Notes: generated from the sequence alone by a model not told the origin. A DNA stretch of 63,917 bases, filler included, from Lama guanicoe (GCA_013239625.1; 194 parts of 194 records of this genome joined end to end with filler, not necessarily neighbours in it), one strand, 5' to 3'. Positions 38,939 through 52,138 are shown, counted from the whole stretch's first letter. Translations and numbers: made by a program.

Positions 38939-39145
38939 CAGGAAATTTGCAGCCAGACACACCCCCTCCCCTTTTAGTATAAAAAAAAGCCTGAATTCTA
39001 ACTCAAGTAAGACGGTTCCCTGGGACACTAGCCTGACATCTTTGCTGGTTTTTCGAATAAAGTCACTCTTCCTTGTCCCAGCACCTTCTCTCTTGATTTA
39101 TTGGCCTCTTGAGTGGTGGGCAGTAGAAGCTTGGACTCGGTAACA
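38939..39145 (+). mobile_element. ERV LTR 3' part with intact 3' terminus
   Basis: TATA-like AGTATAAAA, AATAAA (39056-39061), ends GGACTCGGTAACA; homologous to 1340-1511. Confidence 0.65.
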
Positions 39146-39928
39146 CCACCGTTTGCCATTCAGACCTTNNNNNNNNNNNNNNNNNNNNNNNNNNNNNNNN
39201 NNNNNNNNNNNNTTAATTAATTAANNNNNNNNNNNNNNNNNNNNNNNNNNNNNNNNNNNNNNNNNNNNAAGGTGGTTTCATTGCTCTGGAAAATGAACAC
39301 ATGCCCCAGAACTGGGTGCACAGCCACTGATCTGGAAAATTTCTTTTCTACCTGTCAATGAGGTCCATCAGAAGCAGTGAGCTTTCAGCTGGCAAGACCA
39401 GAGTTACAGCTTCACTGCCCTACTGTAGGGGTATATTGACCCTCCAGCGCTGTGTCGTAATTTAGTTAGCAGGGACCTTTTGCATTCCCCTTACACAANN
39501 NNNNNNNNNNNNNNNNNNNNNNNNNNNNNNNNNNNNNNNNNNTTAATTAATTAANNNNNNNNNNNNNNNNNNNNNNNNNNNNNNNNNNNNNNNNNNNNTT
39601 TTGGAGCACGTTGCTTCCTAACTTCCTTATTAGTTCTTCCTAACTTGTCTTGTCCTTCCAGGAAGCATTCTACAGACCACAGAGGGTCACTATTGATACC
39701 TTATACTCCTCTGTGGAGACAACACAAACATGCTGTAGGGAGCAGGGTGGCAGCAGAAGATGCCCAGGAGTCTGCAGCCCTTGTGCAGCTCACTGGTGGG
39801 AAGGACACGGAGGCTTCACCTCAGCCTGNNNNNNNNNNNNNNNNNNNNNNNNNNNNNNNNNNNNNNNNNNNNTTAATTAATTAANNNNNNNNNNNNNNNN
39901 NNNNNNNNNNNNNNNNNNNNNNNNNNNN

Positions 39929-40158
39929 TCCTGGTTGGTCAACTTTTTATACCTTATTTGCATATGATGTTGCAACGTGTAGACTGGCAGCCTATAAAAG
40001 CTTGTGTAACCCTGAGGACGCGGTCCAGAGCTTGGAGTGTTAACTGCTGTGGTGCTGCTAGTGTAATAAACCTGAGTTCTCCAACTCTCCCAGTGCTGCT
40101 GGGTTTCTTGCCCTGATCCAGGTTGCTGTCACAACTGGGCTGTCACACCGAGCTGTAA
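39929..40158 (+). mobile_element. ERV LTR fragment (second family)
   Basis: ATTTGCAT octamer, CCTATAAAAG TATA box, then AATAAA about 70 nt downstream (U3-R-U5 layout). Confidence 0.5.
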
Positions 40159-41679
40159 NNNNNNNNNNNNNNNNNNNNNNNNNNNNNNNNNNNNNNNNNN
40201 NNTTAATTAATTAANNNNNNNNNNNNNNNNNNNNNNNNNNNNNNNNNNNNNNNNNNNNACTCTACTCTCATAGAACTTACATTCTGATTTGGAAGGTAGA
40301 CAATAAACAAATAGGCAAACAAATCCATAAGTAGTTTTAATTTGATAGAAATTCTTAAATGGTTAAAAATCTAGCTGAAAAGAGGAGACTGTTGTAGGCA
40401 CAGTGGTGAGGAGCCATGAGGTAGCAAAGGACTACTCTCAATGGGATGTTCAGAGAAGACCGGACAAATCAGATGATCCTTAAGCTGANNNNNNNNNNNN
40501 NNNNNNNNNNNNNNNNNNNNNNNNNNNNNNNNTTAATTAATTAANNNNNNNNNNNNNNNNNNNNNNNNNNNNNNNNNNNNNNNNNNNNGTCTAGTATTAT
40601 ATTCCTTCTCTGCCTGCCTTGGCAGTTTTATTGTCTTAAACTTATATATCTTTTCTTCTTCTCCAGTGGCAGTATCATTCACACGTCTAGTTTAAGCAGC
40701 AGTCTTTCTGGTCAGTTTATACACCCAAATCTCTCTTTTTAGGACTTAACTCACAGGAAAATTAACTTCACACATCTAACCACATGATGGACAGGCAAAA
40801 AAAGTTCAATGTGTTAAANNNNNNNNNNNNNNNNNNNNNNNNNNNNNNNNNNNNNNNNNNNNTTAATTAATTAANNNNNNNNNNNNNNNNNNNNNNNNNN
40901 NNNNNNNNNNNNNNNNNNTTAGCCTGCAACATGGTTTAAAATCTCTAAAGCCTCAATGACCATAGGCCAATTAAATATTTAATCATGGGAGATAATTGAA
41001 GAAATGAAATAAAAAAGAAAAATGTTATTCTCATTGAGGCTCTCCCAGATGGGGAAATGAAATTTGAAAAAGTATTTCTATATTTAGTGCCCTCAGATTT
41101 AAGGTTAAAGTAATAGTTATTTTAAACACACTCCTTTTTTTTTTTTTTNNNNNNNNNNNNNNNNNNNNNNNNNNNNNNNNNNNNNNNNNNNNTTAATTAA
41201 TTAANNNNNNNNNNNNNNNNNNNNNNNNNNNNNNNNNNNNNNNNNNNNATCCCCAGGTGAGATCTCAGGCCCCCGAGAAGGAGCGGCCCCATTTCCTCGG
41301 TCCTTCCCTCCAGGCCGGCACTGGGCACTGGGAGGGCCCGGCTGCCAAGGCAGGAAGCGAGGCCCTCGCGTGTGGCCATGAGCTGCCCCCCACCACGGGC
41401 CTCCTGTGGGGCCTTCCCCAAGGAGGCTGGGGAGGGGGTGGGTGGAGGCTGGAAAGGAGCCCTTTTACAGGGTCTCCCNNNNNNNNNNNNNNNNNNNNNN
41501 NNNNNNNNNNNNNNNNNNNNNNTTAATTAATTAANNNNNNNNNNNNNNNNNNNNNNNNNNNNNNNNNNNNNNNNNNNNTTTCTATCAGGAGGGAGAAAAA
41601 TGGGTCAGAACAAACAGCCTCATTCCATGTAAAATCTGATGAAACGCTGGTTGTCGGGCCTTGGCAATGCCCGGTACAC

Positions 41680-41808
41680 GGGGTGACCGTCCATTTCCAG
41701 CTTGCCCAGGACAATCCCGGGTTATGCTGGTTGTCTCGGTGTAATTACAAGATGCACCACTCTTTCCACTAAAAAGTGTCCTAATTTTGACAATAAATTG
41801 ACTATACA
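41680..41808. mobile_element. hAT-Blackjack (MER81/MER94-like) fossil
   Basis: GGGTGACC...TTGCCC.GGACA.TCCCGG...AAAAGTGTCC..ATTTTG. Confidence 0.55.
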
Positions 41809-42898
41809 NNNNNNNNNNNNNNNNNNNNNNNNNNNNNNNNNNNNNNNNNNNNTTAATTAATTAANNNNNNNNNNNNNNNNNNNNNNNNNNNNNNNNNNNN
41901 NNNNNNNNTTGCAGCGCACTTGGTGGCTGTTGGAGGACACGGCCCTCTCCAGCATCCGCGTCCTCCCCTGGTCCCCGGACGTGCCGGCCCTGCTCCCCAC
42001 GGAGCGGACACAGAAGAGCCGAGGGGCCACGCGTGTGGGGGTCGCCCGGCACCAGCACCCTGCTTGCGTCTGTGATGTCTCAAACTTATGTTTGAGTGTG
42101 ATAGCTCGCATTTTGTATTGCTGTAAATCGTTCGGGAGNNNNNNNNNNNNNNNNNNNNNNNNNNNNNNNNNNNNNNNNNNNNTTAATTAATTAANNNNNN
42201 NNNNNNNNNNNNNNNNNNNNNNNNNNNNNNNNNNNNNNATACTTACCTTCCCATGGGTTACTCTGAACATTTTTAGACTATATCTTAGTATATATTCTTT
42301 TAGTGATTATTCTAGGTATTACATTATACATATATAACTTCAAAATCCATTAGTATAGACATTTTATTAGTGAAGTGTGGAAATATTACTTTGCCTTGTC
42401 TCTTTTTAAAAACTTTGCGTAACTATCTTTATTTTATATTCACACTTGATTAATAGTTCTCTGTGTATNNNNNNNNNNNNNNNNNNNNNNNNNNNNNNNN
42501 NNNNNNNNNNNNTTAATTAATTAANNNNNNNNNNNNNNNNNNNNNNNNNNNNNNNNNNNNNNNNNNNNGTGAACGTGGTAATGAGAGGTCTGTGCTTGGC
42601 TTAGCGGTGACACAGGGAAGGACGTGCTGGCAGGGTGGACCCCTGACTGTCCTACCGAGGGTGCCTGGACGGTGGGAAATGGGGAATTCACCGACAAACA
42701 GAAGCTTGCATGGAACTCAGGGAAGTGCTGGGCCGATATATTTGGCAACAATCATAGGAAAAGTGACAAAATATTTGAAATACATGACACTGTTCCTTNN
42801 NNNNNNNNNNNNNNNNNNNNNNNNNNNNNNNNNNNNNNNNNNTTAATTAATTAANNNNNNNNNNNNNNNNNNNNNNNNNNNNNNNNNNNNNNNNNNNN

Positions 42899-43128
42899 AC
42901 ATAATAAAAGCTATTATGACAAACCTACAGTCACAATACCCTACCAAGAGAGCGGAAAGCCTTTCTGCTAAAATCTGGAACAAAGCAAGGATACCCACTG
43001 TCACCACTTCTATTCAATATTGTATTGGAGTTCCTAGCCACAGCAATTAAATGAGAAAAAGAAATAAAAGGGTCCAGACTGGAAAAGTAAATGTAAAAGT
43101 GTCGTTATATGTGGGTGACATGATACTA
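42899..43128 (+). mobile_element. L1 ORF2 RT fragment, degenerate
   Basis: IIKA.YDKPT...[18 protein letters not shown]...GDMIL (canonical [18 protein letters not shown]...ADDMIL), with indels. Confidence 0.9.
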
Positions 43129-43558
43129 NNNNNNNNNNNNNNNNNNNNNNNNNNNNNNNNNNNNNNNNNNNNTTAATTAATTAANNNNNNNNNNNNNNNN
43201 NNNNNNNNNNNNNNNNNNNNNNNNNNNNATTATCCTACGCGAAACAGGTCAGACACAGCAGAACAATAGATTGCATACTGATTGAACAAGGTAAGGCTTG
43301 CTGAGGGAGGGAGAATTTGAGTCACTTGAATGAGACATGATGGATATGGCTGGTTTTTAAACACGAGGGGCATGGCAGAGAAAAGGAATTGAAATGAGAA
43401 CTGGCAAGGCTAAATCCTTTTTCAAATTATATGAAGCCTTTTTAAATCTAGTTTCTGCNNNNNNNNNNNNNNNNNNNNNNNNNNNNNNNNNNNNNNNNNN
43501 NNTTAATTAATTAANNNNNNNNNNNNNNNNNNNNNNNNNNNNNNNNNNNNNNNNNNNN

Positions 43559-43788
43559 GTACTGGTCCCCCAGACTGCTGTGTCTCACCCGGCAGCTCAG
43601 GCCAGATGCCTCTCTGGCTTCCACTTCCAAGGACACCCGAAGATACCACGTCCCGTCGGCATTAGGCACGACGTCACTTCTCTGAGTGCCCTGTTGCTCC
43701 TGTTCACCCCGCATCCACGTCACCCAAATAGGCTTTGGGTAGAAGCCAGAGGCATGACAAACCAGCACCAGACGGCCAGGACCAGGAC
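43559..43788 (-). CDS. CD1: CD1-family alpha-3 (Ig C1) exon fragment, most like CD1A
   Basis: [75 protein letters not shown]; both Ig cysteines present; open frame across the whole contig; paralog assignment uncertain. Confidence 0.92.
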
Positions 43789-43888
43789 NNNNNNNNNNNN
43801 NNNNNNNNNNNNNNNNNNNNNNNNNNNNNNNNTTAATTAATTAANNNNNNNNNNNNNNNNNNNNNNNNNNNNNNNNNNNNNNNNNNNN

Positions 43889-44118
43889 TCCCAGCACCAT
43901 GGTCAGGTGCTGCGTTCTTGCCAGGAAGGGGGGTGGCCGCCCACCCTCTCCTGGCGCCAGTCGCCCCGCTGCTCTGTGCAGCTGCCCGCACCACCTTGGG
44001 TTGGTGCTCCGAAGGAGGGCTCGGAAGACCGCGAAACAGCCCCACCTGTGCTCCGTGCCAAATCTTAGTTCCTTGTTTGTCTTGGCGGCGTAAGTTCTCT
44101 GAGGTGCCAGGGCAGAAA
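43889..44118. mobile_element. GC-rich interspersed repeat (homologous to 53789-54018), probably antisense L1 5' UTR
   Basis: Shared TGCCAGGAAGG..GGTGGC.GCCCACCCTCTCCTGG.GCC.GTCGC.CCGCTGCT.TGTGCAGCTGCCCGC...GGGCTCGG.AAGACC. Confidence 0.55.
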
Positions 44119-44380
44119 NNNNNNNNNNNNNNNNNNNNNNNNNNNNNNNNNNNNNNNNNNNNTTAATTAATTAANNNNNNNNNNNNNNNNNNNNNNNNNN
44201 NNNNNNNNNNNNNNNNNNTTTTTTGTTTTGGTTTTTTGAAGTTTTTTGTTTGCTGTTTTTCGGTGGGAAGATTTCTACTTCCTTTTTGAAAGTCTGGTAC
44301 CATGCTGAATTCATTGGGTCCTCCTTTAATTTAAATGCATTTATAAAACAAATTATCCTCACAAATTAGGAATTGTCCAC

Positions 44381-44448
44381 AGTAGTCAGGGTTCTCCAGA
44401 GAAACAGAACCAGAACCAGTAGGATGTGTGTGGATAGAGAGAGAGAGA
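44381..44448. mobile_element. MLT2 (ERVL) LTR end (also ~62800-62927)
   Basis: TAGTCAGGGTTCTCCAGAGAAACAGAACCA..AGGATGTGTG...GAGAGA. Confidence 0.75.
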
Positions 44449-44878
44449 NNNNNNNNNNNNNNNNNNNNNNNNNNNNNNNNNNNNNNNNNNNNTTAATTAA
44501 TTAANNNNNNNNNNNNNNNNNNNNNNNNNNNNNNNNNNNNNNNNNNNNTGTATACAAATGTGGAACCACTATGTTGTTCCTGAAACTAATATAATGTTGT
44601 ATGTCAACTTGAGGTCAATTTAACATAAATAAATAAATAAAAATGAAAAAGGAATCAGAGGTTCTGATGGGACCTGCCCTCCTACCTAGGAGTTGATAAG
44701 CTGCTGCTCAAAATGATGACACTGAGGACCCTTGGTTGGGGCTGCTTCTGAGCGAGGGACCCCCTCAACTCTCAGACANNNNNNNNNNNNNNNNNNNNNN
44801 NNNNNNNNNNNNNNNNNNNNNNTTAATTAATTAANNNNNNNNNNNNNNNNNNNNNNNNNNNNNNNNNNNNNNNNNNNN

Positions 44879-44925
44879 GTGAGGTCCTGGTTCCATCCCC
44901 AGTACTTCCATTAAAAATAATAAAT
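44879..44925 (+). mobile_element. Vic-1-like SINE 3' part
   Basis: TGAGGTCCTGGTTCCATCCCCAGTACTTCCATTAAAAATAATAAATA, matches the 5971 and 48304 copies. Confidence 0.7.
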
Positions 44926-45868
44926 ATTACTTAATAACGAAAATATTAATAATGTTATTTGAAAATTAATAATAAAAATAAATAATTTTTAAAAAACTCA
45001 AGTTAACTCTCTTTTCTTTTTTTTTTAATTCTTATTCCTTATTGAAGTGTAGTCAATTGACGTTAGTTTCAGTTACACAGCAAAGCGATTCAGTTATTCA
45101 TATACATANNNNNNNNNNNNNNNNNNNNNNNNNNNNNNNNNNNNNNNNNNNNTTAATTAATTAANNNNNNNNNNNNNNNNNNNNNNNNNNNNNNNNNNNN
45201 NNNNNNNNTGGAAAATATCCCAGTCATTTTCTCAGTGGATTTTTAGGGTAAGGAGTACTGGATGCCTATCATTAGTGACTGACTAGATGTCCCGGATGTG
45301 AGAACAAGTCTGGATTCTCCATGATATTTCACTTCTCCATCAGGACTGGCTTTGTAGTGCTTCAGAATGTGTCCCGTTCTTGCTTGATTTTCTGCTCTAA
45401 GCATTTATCGATTCCTTGGAGCAGAGTGACTAATTCAANNNNNNNNNNNNNNNNNNNNNNNNNNNNNNNNNNNNNNNNNNNNTTAATTAATTAANNNNNN
45501 NNNNNNNNNNNNNNNNNNNNNNNNNNNNNNNNNNNNNNACAGGAGATCAGGAGACACTGCTCAGACTCCAGTCTATTCCCCCTCAAGGCTTCTGTGGAGT
45601 TCGAAATCCTGAGTGAGACTGGGTGGACTGCGGAAATGGTGAAGAGGCCAAACCAAGATGGCAGGCTCGGCGCAGAGACAGGGACTTGGGGACCAGCAAG
45701 AACTCGGCGGGGAGTAGACCACATTGAGAGAGCTCTAAATGCACACAGGCTGTGACTGCGAAGTTCTGNNNNNNNNNNNNNNNNNNNNNNNNNNNNNNNN
45801 NNNNNNNNNNNNTTAATTAATTAANNNNNNNNNNNNNNNNNNNNNNNNNNNNNNNNNNNNNNNNNNNN

Positions 45869-46098
45869 ATTTTGGAAAACAGTATGGAGATTCCTCAAAA
45901 GACTAAAAATAGACTTATGATCCAGCAATCCTACTCCTGGACATATATCTGGATGGTACTCTTAATTTGAAAAGATACCTGCACCCCAAAGTTCATTGCA
46001 GCAGTATATACAATAGCCAGAAATGTAAACAACCTAAATGTCCATTGATAGATGACTGGATAAAGAAGATGTGGTAAATTTATACAATGGAATACTAC
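45869..46098 (+). mobile_element. L1 ORF2 C-terminal fragment
   Basis: TGGAAAACAGTATGGAGATTCCTCAAAA...ATGATCCAGCAATCC.ACTCCTGG...AACAACCTAAATGTCCAT.GA.AGATGACTGGATAAAGAAGATGTGG...ACAATGGAATACTAC. Confidence 0.92.
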
Positions 46099-48303
46099 NN
46101 NNNNNNNNNNNNNNNNNNNNNNNNNNNNNNNNNNNNNNNNNNTTAATTAATTAANNNNNNNNNNNNNNNNNNNNNNNNNNNNNNNNNNNNNNNNNNNNCA
46201 TGTGTTTTATGCTTCAGTAAACTTTGTGTTCAAGTATTCTCATTCCTCGGTGGCTGGAATCATTCTTACCGGTGTTCAGCTCCGCACACTACATAGCACG
46301 CTCTGATTTTTTTTCAAAGCCACCACAACAGCAATTGGAACAGGTGGGCACTGCTGGCCAGAGCTTTGGTGTGTTTTGCTATACGACTGTTGGCTGTACC
46401 AACAGAGCACTAGCAGGGCATTTATTAANNNNNNNNNNNNNNNNNNNNNNNNNNNNNNNNNNNNNNNNNNNNTTAATTAATTAANNNNNNNNNNNNNNNN
46501 NNNNNNNNNNNNNNNNNNNNNNNNNNNNCCTACCAGCAGTACACAAGGGTTTCAGTTTCTCCACATCCTTGTCAACACTTGTTATCTTCTGTTCCTTTTT
46601 ATAATTTTAAAATTATATCCCCAGTGCTTATTTATCTTATAAGTGGAAGTTTGTACCTTTTGACCACCTTCATCCAATTCCCCCAACTCCTACCCTCGCC
46701 TCTGGCAAATGCAAATTTGATCTCTTCTTTGAGTTTTATGTTTTTTGCTTTGTTTTGTNNNNNNNNNNNNNNNNNNNNNNNNNNNNNNNNNNNNNNNNNN
46801 NNTTAATTAATTAANNNNNNNNNNNNNNNNNNNNNNNNNNNNNNNNNNNNNNNNNNNNGTACAACGTTACTTACTCACTGTGAAGAGCATTCCAAGCAGC
46901 AGGAGGGTCCATGAGAACAAGGCTATGCAGGGAGGAAGCGGAGAGCTGTTCTCTGGAAGCTCCCCCATGAAGAGCAGAAAGTAATGTGCCAGACTATGCG
47001 GAGTCCTTTCACCTGGGAAAATCTGAGAGCCAAGAGATCCCTGTTTAGGCAAGTTCTAGAGGCTATTAGGAAGAGATGCTTCCTTGACNNNNNNNNNNNN
47101 NNNNNNNNNNNNNNNNNNNNNNNNNNNNNNNNTTAATTAATTAANNNNNNNNNNNNNNNNNNNNNNNNNNNNNNNNNNNNNNNNNNNNAGGTGCTTTATC
47201 TGCACCCAGGTCAGACAGGCTCCCTCACAGAGAGCTAGCAGAGAAAGCCTACAGTGTGGAAGAGAGAGGTCCAACAGCATACGATACACCTCTGCATAAA
47301 TTCAGAACCTCGATGCCTTTGTGTATCTTAGAAAAAGCAAGTAAATCATCATGTATATTCTGATGGAAGAGTCTGAAGCTTAATACAGAGAGTTTCCTGA
47401 ATAAGGGAGAAGCTTCAGNNNNNNNNNNNNNNNNNNNNNNNNNNNNNNNNNNNNNNNNNNNNTTAATTAATTAANNNNNNNNNNNNNNNNNNNNNNNNNN
47501 NNNNNNNNNNNNNNNNNNTGTATATATATATATATATACACACATACATACATATATACTCTTTCAGATTCTTTTCCATTATAGGGTATTATAAGATATT
47601 GAATATAGTATCTTGTGCTACACAGGCAGTCCTTGCTGTTTATCTATTTTATATATAGTAGTGAGTATCTGCTAATCTCAAACTCCTAATTCATCCTTTC
47701 CCCCCAAACCTTTCCCCTTTGGTAACCATAAGTTTGTTTTCTATGTCTNNNNNNNNNNNNNNNNNNNNNNNNNNNNNNNNNNNNNNNNNNNNTTAATTAA
47801 TTAANNNNNNNNNNNNNNNNNNNNNNNNNNNNNNNNNNNNNNNNNNNNAATGCGGACAATTAAATGTACAGGGAGTGGGAACGTGCTGACCTCAGTGACT
47901 GAGCCCAGCCGGGCCGCGGTAGTTTTACAGGCAGGTTCTTACCGCGGGATACTGGGGGCAAAACTAGATCAACCGGCGAAACCTGAGATCCCAGTGACTC
48001 GTCAGTGATGGTTCTGACAGGCATTGCCCTTGACGAATAACGTCTTGGTTTTAATTTTACTTGTAGGTGTCAGATAATNNNNNNNNNNNNNNNNNNNNNN
48101 NNNNNNNNNNNNNNNNNNNNNNTTAATTAATTAANNNNNNNNNNNNNNNNNNNNNNNNNNNNNNNNNNNNNNNNNNNNGATGTCTGGGTTTTGGAGCAAA
48201 TGTCTTAGCAGGATGGGGTGAGGAGGCGCCTTCTCAGACATCATAGCTTTCTTCTGAGAGAGCCAGAGAGACTGGTCTTCTCCTGATGAATGAGGGGAGA
48301 ACA

Positions 48304-48408
48304 TTTTTTTTGTGTGTGTGAGGGGATGGGTAATTAGGTTTATTTATTTATTCTTTAATGGAGGTCCTGGGGAATTGAACCCAGGACCTCATGCATGCTA
48401 AGCATACA
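48304..48408 (-). mobile_element. Vic-1-like SINE, antisense, truncated by contig end
   Basis: GGTAATTAGGTTTATTTATTTATT.TTTAATGGAGGT.CTGGGG.ATTGAACCCAGGACCTCATGCATGCTAAGCA, the reverse complement of the 5971 element. Confidence 0.82.
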
Positions 48409-49189
48409 NNNNNNNNNNNNNNNNNNNNNNNNNNNNNNNNNNNNNNNNNNNNTTAATTAATTAANNNNNNNNNNNNNNNNNNNNNNNNNNNNNNNNNNNN
48501 NNNNNNNNAATTCTTGCTCAATTTACTGTCCACCCCAAATCACGGGGAACTTTTTCTTGAGCTGTATAATTAGGTAGCCTTCACGTGTATGTCTTATCTG
48601 CCCAAACATTTCTAGGCTCATAAAACCAGATAAACTCACACATATTTCTTTGTCTTAGATCCTTCAACACGTAGCATAGCTTAGCACATATATGTATGTG
48701 TCTTTATACGTGTGTATATCAAAATATGTACATGTATTNNNNNNNNNNNNNNNNNNNNNNNNNNNNNNNNNNNNNNNNNNNNTTAATTAATTAANNNNNN
48801 NNNNNNNNNNNNNNNNNNNNNNNNNNNNNNNNNNNNNNATGCAACTTTGAGACTCATTTACTAAGAAAGATAAAACAGGTCCTGGATCCTAAGGAAGCTC
48901 ATGAAATGAGTAGGGAACCAGACTAAGGGTCAGAGAACAGATTCATTTAAAATCAGTACCTTAAAAACCCAGATGATACAATGAATGCTTCAATGACCAC
49001 CTTTTTGCTTTTCTGTCTTTCATCTGAAATGAATCAAAAGTAGATGAAACTGACAGTTCTGGAGTTTGNNNNNNNNNNNNNNNNNNNNNNNNNNNNNNNN
49101 NNNNNNNNNNNNTTAATTAATTAANNNNNNNNNNNNNNNNNNNNNNNNNNNNNNNNNNNNNNNNNNNNGAGCCCTGCTTTGGGGAGCTC

Positions 49190-49398
49190 AGGCCCTGGAG
49201 TCATTTGGATTGGAAGTTAGACTCCAGCATTAGCTAGCTGTGTGACCTTGAGCAAGTTTATGTCACATCTCTGAGGCCTGGATCTCCTCATCTATAAAAT
49301 GCGGGCAACTGCTGGTCACTCAGCTAGACGATGATTGTGAGGGTATAAAGAGAAAACCCAAACCACAGGAAACTCTAAACGCATATTAGTACGATTAT
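49190..49398. mobile_element. MIR SINE fragment
   Basis: CTAGCTGTGTGACCTTGAGCAAGTT...CTCTGAGGCCT...CTCATCTATAAAATG...GATTGTGAGG.TAAA. Confidence 0.8.
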
Positions 49399-52138
49399 NN
49401 NNNNNNNNNNNNNNNNNNNNNNNNNNNNNNNNNNNNNNNNNNTTAATTAATTAANNNNNNNNNNNNNNNNNNNNNNNNNNNNNNNNNNNNNNNNNNNNTT
49501 TGTAGATTAACTATGTCTGTCTCTCTGTCTCTTAAGTTTGTTTACAGAACCTTTTTTTATAAAGAGGTTTTAAATTCTGATGCAATAAAATATGTTATCA
49601 GTTCTCTTATTGCTTTAAAACTGATTCTTATAAAGGTCTTTCCTATACCAACATTTTCTAAGGCTTTAATGGTTTTGTAGTTTACACTTATGTGTTGGAT
49701 CTATTTGGAATTTATTTTGACAAGTACANNNNNNNNNNNNNNNNNNNNNNNNNNNNNNNNNNNNNNNNNNNNTTAATTAATTAANNNNNNNNNNNNNNNN
49801 NNNNNNNNNNNNNNNNNNNNNNNNNNNNGGTAGTAACAGGTCTGGCCCAGTTCCCCCAGAAATGAGCTCCCAGGCTGCCCTCCCCCCCCACTCTCCAGGC
49901 AGCTCTGCACACAGTGGCCTGGCTGGACCAGTGTGTACTGGGCTTGTCTGAACAGGCCATGAATAGGGGACAGAAATCCTGAATGGAAGGACAGTCAGAG
50001 GGACACATCTGACCAGTGGTAATTACCTCAGTATTTCCTTAAAGTGGACACCAGATTANNNNNNNNNNNNNNNNNNNNNNNNNNNNNNNNNNNNNNNNNN
50101 NNTTAATTAATTAANNNNNNNNNNNNNNNNNNNNNNNNNNNNNNNNNNNNNNNNNNNNGCCCTCTACTGTTCCTGCCCTACTCTTGGTATACATTGCTCA
50201 CTACTCTCAAAACCCTGAAAAGTTTCTCTTTAAATTATGGATTATTTTCCTAGTACTTTGACTCCTTTCTTGATAGTGACCCTGTAAAATCTAACATTTT
50301 AAAAGGTTTTTCACACTTCTTAGATTTTCCATCCTATTTAATAACACTGCAGCACATCCCAGTCTTTTGAAAATTATATTTATTTTGCNNNNNNNNNNNN
50401 NNNNNNNNNNNNNNNNNNNNNNNNNNNNNNNNTTAATTAATTAANNNNNNNNNNNNNNNNNNNNNNNNNNNNNNNNNNNNNNNNNNNNAGCAGCTGGGAC
50501 CACACACGCCTGCCACACAGCCCAGGCCATGTCAGCATGGGCAATGGGAGAGCTCCAACTCCAATCAGCAAAGCTACACCCCACCTTCGATTTTACCAAG
50601 TTCAGAAAGTGATTTCCTCTCTCCATGAATAATTAGCACTTACTTCACAGGAGTCTAAACAAAGTGCTTATCGCAGTACCTGGCATGGGGAACGTACTCA
50701 GTGAAAGTGCATTATTATNNNNNNNNNNNNNNNNNNNNNNNNNNNNNNNNNNNNNNNNNNNNTTAATTAATTAANNNNNNNNNNNNNNNNNNNNNNNNNN
50801 NNNNNNNNNNNNNNNNNNAAGAAAAAGTTATTTTAATAGGCAAGAGTCTATTTTCAAGGAGTGTAAGCAAGGTTGTGAAGAACCTAAAAATAATATAACA
50901 AAAACAATAAAATGGCAAGAGGTTTTTTTTGGGGGGGGGGTTGGATTTTTTAGCCTAGAATATAGTAGAACAGCATAGAAGGGAGGACTATTAGAGGCAG
51001 GGTGGCAGCTGTATTCTTTCCAAGACTAAAGGGAAAACTTAGGGCCTANNNNNNNNNNNNNNNNNNNNNNNNNNNNNNNNNNNNNNNNNNNNTTAATTAA
51101 TTAANNNNNNNNNNNNNNNNNNNNNNNNNNNNNNNNNNNNNNNNNNNNCTTTGTGTTCCCAACAAGCTAGGTGAAGGACGATTTTCACACACGGTTATCT
51201 CTCAGAACTGAGCATGTGGAGAGACTTACGTTCATGCAGCACAGAGGGATCGTGTAACATATGGAAACAATTACTTTGGTTTCTCAGTGTGTTTCCTAGT
51301 GCCGATTAGATGTTCCTGCAATTTTCAGTGTAAAACCGAGTTAGATCTTGTACCTCCCATATATATGTATGTATTGGANNNNNNNNNNNNNNNNNNNNNN
51401 NNNNNNNNNNNNNNNNNNNNNNTTAATTAATTAANNNNNNNNNNNNNNNNNNNNNNNNNNNNNNNNNNNNNNNNNNNNATTTTTTGGATACAAGTTGGAG
51501 ACCTGAACAAAAAGAGTACAATGAAAAGTGTAGAAAGAATTATTTTTATTCATAAAAAGTAAAAACAGATCCACTCACAAATAAAGAATTAACTGTCTAA
51601 TAAGAAGACAGGCCCACTGGATGTCTTCATCCTTTCTTTGCAACATTTTTCTCTCTTTCACTATGATCTTATTTTTTATTCATATTAGGTATACTATACT
51701 ACCCTTAANNNNNNNNNNNNNNNNNNNNNNNNNNNNNNNNNNNNNNNNNNNNTTAATTAATTAANNNNNNNNNNNNNNNNNNNNNNNNNNNNNNNNNNNN
51801 NNNNNNNNTTCTGCTGCTCTGCTCCAAGGAGACCCTTTCCAGAGAGAGGGGACCCCCCAGGCCCTCATTGTCCTGCCCCCTGTGACTCGCATGGCCACTG
51901 TGACCTGCAGCACGGGTGGCGGGGAGGTGGCGTGTGGCTCCCTGAGGCCCTGGTGTCCAGGGCAGCCTTGCCTCAGGGACAGCTGAGGAAGAGCTGAATC
52001 TTCACCCTAAATACATGTGAATGTTTTACAACCGAATANNNNNNNNNNNNNNNNNNNNNNNNNNNNNNNNNNNNNNNNNNNNTTAATTAATTAANNNNNN
52101 NNNNNNNNNNNNNNNNNNNNNNNNNNNNNNNNNNNNNN

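Noticed and set aside
42239..42248. U1 snRNA 5' end (ATACTTACCT)
   Set aside because: Only 10 nt match and the sequence does not continue GGCAGGGGAGATACC; the similar TACCTGGCAGG near 57437 also fails to extend
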